Assembly (NCBI RefSeq): GCF_006345805.1 | Contig: NW_021829388.1 | Location: 1-6,370, forward strand | DNA from: Octopus sinensis | Taxonomy: Eukaryota | Reading direction: 5' to 3' | DNA length: 6,370 bases | In this document: positions 1-6,370 of the stretch, piece after piece | How positions within the stretch are numbered: position 1 is the first letter of the stretch | Layout: every line of letters starts with the position of its first letter | Notes under the pieces: model-generated | The model's input: only the letters and a program-made list of their open reading frames with translations | What the model was told of the DNA's origin: nothing | Databases searched by the model: none | Translations under genes and position numbers: made by a program

Positions 1-178
1 CACTGCTAGTAAAACTATAAATTGGGGTTAAAACCGTTTGGATCAAGGACAGCCTTCCACTTTTTCTATCAATAGGGTTTTTAACTCAATATTTTCATAC
101 TATTCATAGCTTTATTTATTTCAAGATCCACTGTTCCTAAAAAAATATTAGCTGTTATATATCTTCAAGATATCTGAC

Positions 179-224
179 TTAGGTTAGGTTTAAACTTTGG
201 GATTAGGGTTTAGGGTTAGCTTAG
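179..224 (+). repeat. Degenerate telomere-like TTAGG/TTAGGG tract (interstitial)
   Basis: Sequence reads ttagg-ttagg-tttaaac-tttggga-ttaggg-tttaggg-ttagc-ttag. It is short and degenerate, so it is not a telomere. Confidence 0.5.
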
Positions 225-233
225 TGTTAAATG

Positions 234-616
234 TGGAGGCGCAATGGCCCAGTGGTTAGGGCAGCGGACTCGCGGTCGTAGGATCGCGGTTTCGATTCCC
301 AGACCAGGCGTTGTGAGTGTTTATTGAGCGAAAACACCTAAAGCTCCACGAGGCTCCGGCAGGGGATGGTGGTGATCCCTGCTGTACTCTTTCACCACAA
401 CTTTCTCTCCACTCTTATTCCTTTTTCTGTTGTACCTGTATTTCAAAGGGCCGGCCTTGTCACTCTCTGTGTCACGCTGAATATCCCCGAGAACTACGTT
501 AAGGGTGCACGTGTCTGTGGAGTGCTCAGCCACTTACACGTTAATTTCACGAGCAGGCTGTTCCGTTGATCGGATCAACCGGAACCCTCGTCGTCGTAAC
601 CGACGGAGTGGCTTCC
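234..616 (+). mobile_element. Apparently full-length tRNA-derived SINE (~380 bp)
   Basis: tRNA-like head with A box TGGCCCAGTGG (245-255) and B box GTTTCGATTCC (289-299). CpG-rich body, two 3' hairpins (560-585, 587-608), and near-identical 11-bp flanking direct repeats. From memory it resembles octopus tRNA-derived SINEs; no family name is assigned. Confidence 0.88.
245..299 (+). promoter_or_regulatory. RNA polymerase III type-2 internal promoter (A and B boxes) of the SINE head
   Basis: A box TGGCCCAGTGG fits TRGCNNAGTGG. B box GTTTCGATTCC is one mismatch from GGTTCGANNCC. The 33-nt spacing is tRNA-like. Confidence 0.8.
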
Positions 617-939
617 AGTGTTGAATGCACCATAAAGAGTAAAGGGCCAGGTAGACCGCTCGTTAATGTGGTACCAAAAAGACAACTGGATGGATTAGCT
701 GTTTACACGAATAACACAATGAATACCTTGCTTTGTTGCGTGTTTCTGTTTCCATACATTGAATCTAGTTGCAAAACTTCGCTACGGTAGGCAATATTAG
801 CAGTAATTTTCCAATTTGCGTAGGATGGGTCAATAAATAAATCTTACCTGACCAAAGTTCTGGACGCGTGACGAGAGATAAAATCGTTTGTTCGACATAC
901 ACACGTTTCTAAATCCACATCTATTTTCGTACATTGCAA

Positions 940-1034
940 GCACACACACACATTCACATACACATTCTCACACATACACACACACCACGTAGGCGCGAGT
1001 ATACGTGTGGGTGTGTGGGTGGGTGTGTTGTGTG
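940..1034. repeat. Degenerate (CA)n tract followed by a (TG)/GGGT tract in inverted arrangement
   Basis: CA-rich 940-988 and TG-rich 1006-1034, separated by a short GC-rich spacer. Confidence 0.7.
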
Positions 1035-1245
1035 ACAAAATTCCATGTGATTACTCTGCGATGCTGGTCATGTTGATAAGGCGTTCTTCGTCTCGATTAC
1101 CTATGCACGATTCGATTCCACAACCCGTTTTACGCCTTCACTTACAGATAGAGAATTTAGATGAAAACAATCGCACAGGAACACCTAGAACGCACAGATA
1201 TTGACAGAAAAAGTAACAGACCCACATAACATACATATGTAGACG

Positions 1246-1780
1246 CATACATATACATACGTATGTATGTATGTATGTATGTATGTATGTATGTATGTAT
1301 GTATGTGTGTGTGTATGTATATACGTATGCATGTATGTATTATGTATGTATGTATGTTATGTATGTTGTGTATGTATGTATGTATGTATGTGTGTGTATG
1401 TATGTATGTGTGCATGTATGTATGTATGTACGTATGTATGTATGTGTGTATGTATGTATGTATGCATGTATGTATGAATGTATGTATGTGTGTATGTATG
1501 TATATATGTATGTATGTGCGTATGTATGTATGCATGTATGTATGTGTGTATGTATGTATGTATTATATATGTATGTATGTATGTGTGTATGTATGTATGT
1601 GTGTATGTATGTATATATGTATGTGTGTATGTATGTATGTATGTATGTATGCGTGTGCGTATGTATGTATATATGTATGTATGTGTGTATGTATGTATGT
1701 ATGTATTATGTATGTATGTATGTATGTATGTGTGTGTATGTATGTATGTATGTATGTATGTATGTATGTACGTATGTATG
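1246..1780. repeat. Long imperfect (TATG)n microsatellite with TGTG/TACG/CATG variants, preceded by a short (CATA)n tract
   Basis: Directly visible tetranucleotide array of ~520 bp from 1261 to 1780. Confidence 0.97.
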
Positions 1781-1835
1781 AGCATTAGGTCCTCCTACGC
1801 TGTTCAGAGCAGTGATCGGCTGTATAGATGCAGAT

Positions 1836-1877
1836 ATATACAGATATATATATGTGTGTGTGTGTGTGTGTGTATCA

Positions 1878-1916
<39 letters not shown>

Positions 1917-2097
1917 TATTATATATAAGTATATATATATATATTTATATATATATATCTATATTATATATATTATATATATATATATATTCAAATATAT
2001 AATACTAGATAAGTATGTAGATTCTATCTATGTATATATATAGAGAGATAATAGATATGTATGCAAGTATATATATTATATATATATATAGATATAT

Positions 2098-2128
<31 letters not shown>

Positions 2129-2137
2129 CATGTTATA
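1836..2137. repeat. Compound (TA)n/(TG)n microsatellite
   Basis: TG runs at ~1853-1872 and ~2099-2120, with a long imperfect TA run between them. Confidence 0.93.
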
Positions 2138-2213
2138 TGGGACATAGAAAAGAAATCTCCCAGGGGAATCAGATTGGATTGTCGAAAGTAAATATTGAGT
2201 ATAGCGATGTGGA

Positions 2214-2256
2214 AAGAGAGGGGGAGAGAGAGAGTGTGTGACTGAGAGAAAGAGAC
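2214..2256. repeat. Short degenerate (GA)n tract
   Basis: aagagagggggagagagagagtgtgtgactgagagaaagagac. Confidence 0.6.
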
Positions 2257-2356
2257 AGTAAGATGGTAAAAGGCCGGTGAACTACCGGATGAGTGTATGG
2301 TGTTGTTAGTGGTATGTCGAAATCAATATTGTTCTGCAGTAGGACAGTAAGCTGGT

Positions 2357-2461
2357 TATATACATATGTATGTATGTATGTATTAATGTATGTATGTATG
2401 TATGTATGTATGTATGTATGTATGCATGTGTATATTTATATATATATGCATATATATACCA

Positions 2462-2492
<31 letters not shown>

Positions 2493-2862
2493 ATATGAAA
2501 TATATATATGTATATGTATTATATATGCATATATTATTTAATATAATATATATATATACATCTATATTTATATATATGCATATATCTATATATATATAGG
2601 CACATATATATATATATATCTATATATATATATTATACATACGTACATACTACATATATATATGCAGAACGAAGAATATGATGTGATCTGTATGTGTGTG
2701 TATATGTATATATGTGTGTGTGTGTGTGTGTGCGTATATATATATAGAGATAGATATAGATATATAGACATATATACAAACATGCATATATATATATATA
2801 CATATATGTATACATGTGCATATGTTTTTATATATATGTATGTGTATATGTGTGTATGCGTG
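2357..2862. repeat. Compound (TATG)n/(TA)n/(TG)n microsatellite
   Basis: TATG at 2365-2425, imperfect TA at 2430-2662, mixed TG/TA at 2690-2862. Confidence 0.93.
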
Positions 2863-3045
2863 TAGCATTTATGTACCTTGTGTGTGCTTGTATACGTATA
2901 AATTTGAGGATTAATTCGTTCTTTCAGGTGTGAAATTGAGTGTTCAGTGGTGATTTTTAATTTAAGGTGTTGCAAAAAATAAATACATACCTGTATAACT
3001 GAGTATATATACATCTTAATAAATGTCAGTAAGTATGCATGTAAC

Positions 3046-3112
3046 TATATATATATATATATAACATGCATATATAGTTATATTTGTGTGTGTGCGTGTG
3101 TGTGGGGGGGGG
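3046..3112. repeat. Short (TA)n, (TG)n and poly-G tract
   Basis: A TA run, then tgtgtgtgtgcgtgtgtgt, then a G9 run. Confidence 0.7.
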
Positions 3113-3460
3113 TGTTCACAAGCAATCATATATTTGCAAAGCAGAGTGGAAAGGAATAGTATTTGAATACCGATGGCGAAGGAAATACTATTTTATTAAA
3201 CCCGAAAAAAAAAGACTTCAATTTGCTTCTTTGAATTTCCGTCTACCAAATCCATTCACAAGGCTTTAATCGGCCCGGGGTTGTAGCAGAAGATACTTGC
3301 CCCTCAAGGTGCCACACAGTGGGACTGAACCCGGAGCTATGTGGTTGGGAAGCAAGCTTCTTACCACGCAGCCACGCCTAGTTTGTGTGTCGGTGTGTTC
3401 ACAAGCAATCACATAGGTGCAAAACAAAGCCGAAATAAATAGTATGCAAAAACCAATGGC
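3112..3460 (+). repeat. Diverged 66-bp direct repeat pair (3112-3177 and 3395-3460)
   Basis: Ungapped hand alignment gives 52/66 identities. The first 17 nt (gtgttcacaagcaatca) are identical. Confidence 0.85.
3225..3379 (-). mobile_element. tRNA-derived SINE head with CORE-like segment, lacking the 3' module
   Basis: Minus strand has A box TGGCTGCGTGG (3374-3364) and B-box-like GGGTTCAGTCC (3332-3322), then gtggcaccttgaggggcaagtatcttc, which resembles the CORE-SINE motif gtgaccttgggcaagt. It aligns with the plus-strand copy at 3948-4075. Confidence 0.85.
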
Positions 3461-3700
3461 ACATACATACAAACGTAACTATACATTTGTTTGTTTGTAC
3501 TCCACCTGCCTTCGTCTTTTGCTTATTTTTGTAAACTTTCCCTTTATATATATATATATTTACATGCATACATAATGACATCTATAGCAGGGGAGTGGAG
3601 TGGTAATGTCATTTATAGTCATATTAATATAATTCTGCTTCTCGTCCCATTAGTAAGTTATTATCATGTGCGTTACGCTTTGTTGGATAGTTTATCACTA

Positions 3701-3854
3701 AAAATTTCCTAACGGCATTTCGTCCGTCTTTACGTTCTTAGCTCAAATTCCGCAGAGGTCGATTTTTTCCTTTCATCATTTCGGGATCGATAAATTTAGT
3801 ACCAGTTAAGCATTGGGGTCGATGTCATCGACTACGCCTATTCCTTACAAATTT
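3701..3854 (+). mobile_element. 5'-truncated SINE fragment with a Meta-domain-like central region
   Basis: B-box-like gctcaaattcc (3741-3751), then cctttcatcatttcgggatcgataaatttagtacc, similar from memory to the MetaSINE/Sauria motif gccttccatccttccgaggtcggtaaaatgagtacc. It ends in a GTCGAT-gtc-ATCGAC hairpin (3818-3832). Confidence 0.7.
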
Positions 3855-3947
3855 AGTTTAATGAATGAAGCAGAGTATTATGGATGCAATTTTTTTATAT
3901 ATCTATACATTCATATGTATATACGCTTATGTATATATATGCATATA

Positions 3948-4683
<736 letters not shown>

Positions 4684-4818
4684 ACTATTTTATGTTATTA
4701 CTGTCTCGATACCTCAGACCCAAGTGGCCACTTGCCTGGTTTTCATAGCATTTTATTGACCAAGATCACAACAATCCCAGTCGAACTGGACGTCTGTCAG
4801 TCACTATGTTACACAGTT

Positions 4819-4862
4819 ACAGCTGAGTGGACCGGCGTGAAGTGAAATGAAATGTTTTACTC
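4819..4862 (-). mobile_element. Short fragment of another SINE central domain
   Basis: Minus strand reads gagtaaaacatttcatttcacttcacgccggtccactcagctgt. This resembles a recalled invertebrate SINE central segment (gagcaagacacttcatttcac...gtccactcagctg). It is short and assigned from memory only. Confidence 0.4.
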
Positions 4863-4868
4863 TAGTTG

Positions 4869-4958
4869 TACTGGAGTCGATATTTTTCGACTAAATACTT
4901 CAACGCGATGTACCAGCATGGCCACAGTCCTTATGACTGAAAGAAGTAAAATATAAAA
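4869..4958 (+). mobile_element. Second, solitary copy of the SINE 3' terminal module
   Basis: ctggagtcgatatttttcgactaa...atgactgaaagaagtaaaa aligns with 4610-4677 (ctggagtcgatttctttgactaa...atgactgaaacaagtaaaa). It contains a perfect AGTCGA/TCGACT stem. Confidence 0.8.
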
Positions 4959-5304
4959 TTGACCAAACAAGATGAACAGAGATATATGGAGTTTTACTTC
5001 GAGGGGAACATGTAGACTGCATGGGGACACATTCGTCAAAATATGAACGGCCAACAATCAAATAGAAAACAAATGGAGAAACAAAAGCACGGGGTTACAG
5101 CGATATCAGTGTGTATTTCCATAACAGCGAAACTTGATATTCAGTTCCCGCCTGAAGATCGCAGGCGCCGGAAAATCGATCGGTTAGAATGAGAAGTGAC
5201 GATTCGCTTTCAAGAAACTCTGCTACCATATTCGCTCGGTACGATTCAGCGTGGCTCGTGTATATATATACATTTTTTACAGAAAAACAAAAGACGAAGA
5301 CAGG

Positions 5305-5309
5305 TGTAT

Positions 5310-5351
<42 letters not shown>

Positions 5352-5440
5352 ATTATATTGTATAAAATATATATATATATATATACACACACACTCACAT
5401 ATATACACATATGTATACATATATAATATACATATATATG

Positions 5441-5492
<52 letters not shown>

Positions 5493-5647
5493 CATATATA
5501 TATAAATATATATATATATATACATATATATGCATATGTATGTAAATCGAGCTATATATATGTGTGTGTATATATATGTATATATATGTATATATATGTG
5601 TATATATATATGGTGTGTGTGTGTGTGTGTGTGTGTGTGTGGTTTGT

Positions 5648-5688
<41 letters not shown>

Positions 5689-5730
5689 CATGCGTGTGTG
5701 TATGCATGCGTGTGTGTATGTGTGTCTGTG
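5305..5730. repeat. Compound (TG)n/(TA)n/(CA)n microsatellite
   Basis: Pure TG run at 5313-5350, mixed TA/CA at 5350-5610, TG runs at 5613-5730. Confidence 0.95.
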
Positions 5731-5749
5731 TTTTTACCCCCAACATCCA

Positions 5750-6050
5750 AAGAAATTGTGAAAGAAGTTAAAAATTTTAAATCTAGGAAGATTGGGGCAG
5801 AATTTTAAATTTTGAAGATATGGTTTTTTGCATATTCGGCATCTCCTTCATCGGAAACTTATGAATCCGCTGAAGAAACAAATTGGAAGTGTAGTATAGT
5901 GGGGGAATACGGCCCCCTGTATGCGCAAGGGCCAAAATCCCCCCCTCCCCGCCAGAACCTTCCCCGAGTGATGAAAATCATTCATGTCAAATTTGGTACA
6001 GATTCGCCTCTGCTTAGAGAATAAACATATACACAGCGTGAATTATATAT
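5750..6050 (-). mobile_element. Possible non-autonomous Helitron/Helentron-like element, with its 5' end near 6050
   Basis: Minus strand begins (TA)n-ataattcacgctgtgtatatgtt and continues gaatctgtaccaaatttgacatg...ggggaaggtt. From memory this layout resembles the 5' ends of animal non-autonomous Helitrons. The terminal TC is not visible, and no 3' hairpin followed by CTRR was found. Confidence 0.4.
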
Positions 6051-6094
6051 ATATATATTATATTATATATATATATATATATTGTATGCATGTA

Positions 6095-6125
<31 letters not shown>

Positions 6126-6136
6126 GTATATATATG

Positions 6137-6168
<32 letters not shown>

Positions 6169-6316
6169 ATATATATTTGTATATTTGTGTTTGTGTATAT
6201 ACCATATATACTTACACGTATATATGTATATAAACATATGCATATGTACATATAAATGTGTATATATATGTATAAATGTGTGCATTATATCTGTCTATTA
6301 ATGGATATGTCTGCGC

Positions 6317-6360
<44 letters not shown>
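6043..6360. repeat. Imperfect (TA)n microsatellite with TG variants
   Basis: Directly visible, with a pure TA run at 6318-6359. Confidence 0.95.
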
Positions 6361-6363
<3 letters not shown>

Positions 6364-6370
6364 GAGATAT

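Larger units (their letters stand above)
223..627 (+). repeat. Candidate target-site duplication of the SINE: agtgttaaatg (223-233) and agtgttgaatg (617-627)
   Basis: 10/11 identical direct repeats directly abutting both ends of the element. Confidence 0.7.

Noticed and set aside
1-10. cactgCTAGt as a Helitron 3' terminus
   Set aside because: The diagnostic upstream hairpin would lie outside the window, and CTAG alone is uninformative.
159-173. Palindrome atatctt-c-aagatat
   Set aside because: It has 7-bp AT-rich arms, which is expected by chance in this base composition.
238-310. Possible genuine tRNA gene (Arg-like)
   Set aside because: The acceptor and anticodon stems do not pair properly, there is no T-run terminator just downstream, and the sequence continues into a SINE body with a TSD.
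317-790. Four short overlapping ORFs in and beside the first SINE
   Set aside because: They lie within or start in a non-coding SINE, mostly use non-ATG starts, and resemble no protein I recognise.
2908-2995. Plus-strand acceptor (ttcgttctttcag) and minus-strand donor (caggtatg)
   Set aside because: Neither has a convincing partner site or coherent reading frame.
1138-3014. Many ORFs rich in M/Y/V/C or H/T/Y/I
   Set aside because: They are translations of TATG/TA/TG microsatellites, which lack stop codons in several frames. There is no coding signal.
5145-5190. Hammerhead-ribozyme-like core (CTGAAGA...GAAA...TC)
   Set aside because: Stem I does not form beyond one pair, stem II does not close at GAAA, and an extra A disrupts stem III. 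An Infernal search with hammerhead models would settle it.
5720-5747. tgtgtctgtgtttttacccccaacatc, resembling the start of the SINE 3' module at ~4480-4512
   Set aside because: The match is short and low-complexity, with no matching head upstream and no continuation downstream.
5196-6301. ORFs across the distal microsatellites and the 70-aa ORF at 5812-6024
   Set aside because: They are simple-repeat translations. The 70-aa ORF has no recognisable motif and lies in a probable transposon fragment.

Overview
Non-coding eukaryotic DNA, intronic or intergenic. No protein-coding gene, genuine tRNA/rRNA gene or CRISPR array can be supported. About 40% of the window (rough estimate) is compound microsatellite: (TATG)n, (TA)n, (TG)n and (GATA)n. 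These tracts generate most of the listed ORFs, which are artefacts. Much of the remainder is a mosaic of tRNA-derived SINEs. There is one apparently full-length SINE at 234-616 with a candidate 11-bp target-site duplication and tandem 3' hairpins. Two oppositely oriented copies of a second SINE head lie at 3225-3379 (-) and 3948-4075 (+); the second appears to continue through a ~400-bp internal microsatellite into a 3' module ending at ~4683. There is also a Meta-domain-like SINE fragment at 3701-3854, an extra 3' module at 4869-4958, and a possible Helitron-type end near 5750-6050. From recalled similarity, not a database search, the repeat families and microsatellite density look like an octopus/cephalopod genome. 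I found no convincing new biological system. The best leads are modular SINE architecture, an inverted SINE pair that could form dsRNA, a diverged ungapped 66-bp duplication around a SINE, and a few weak splice-site candidates.
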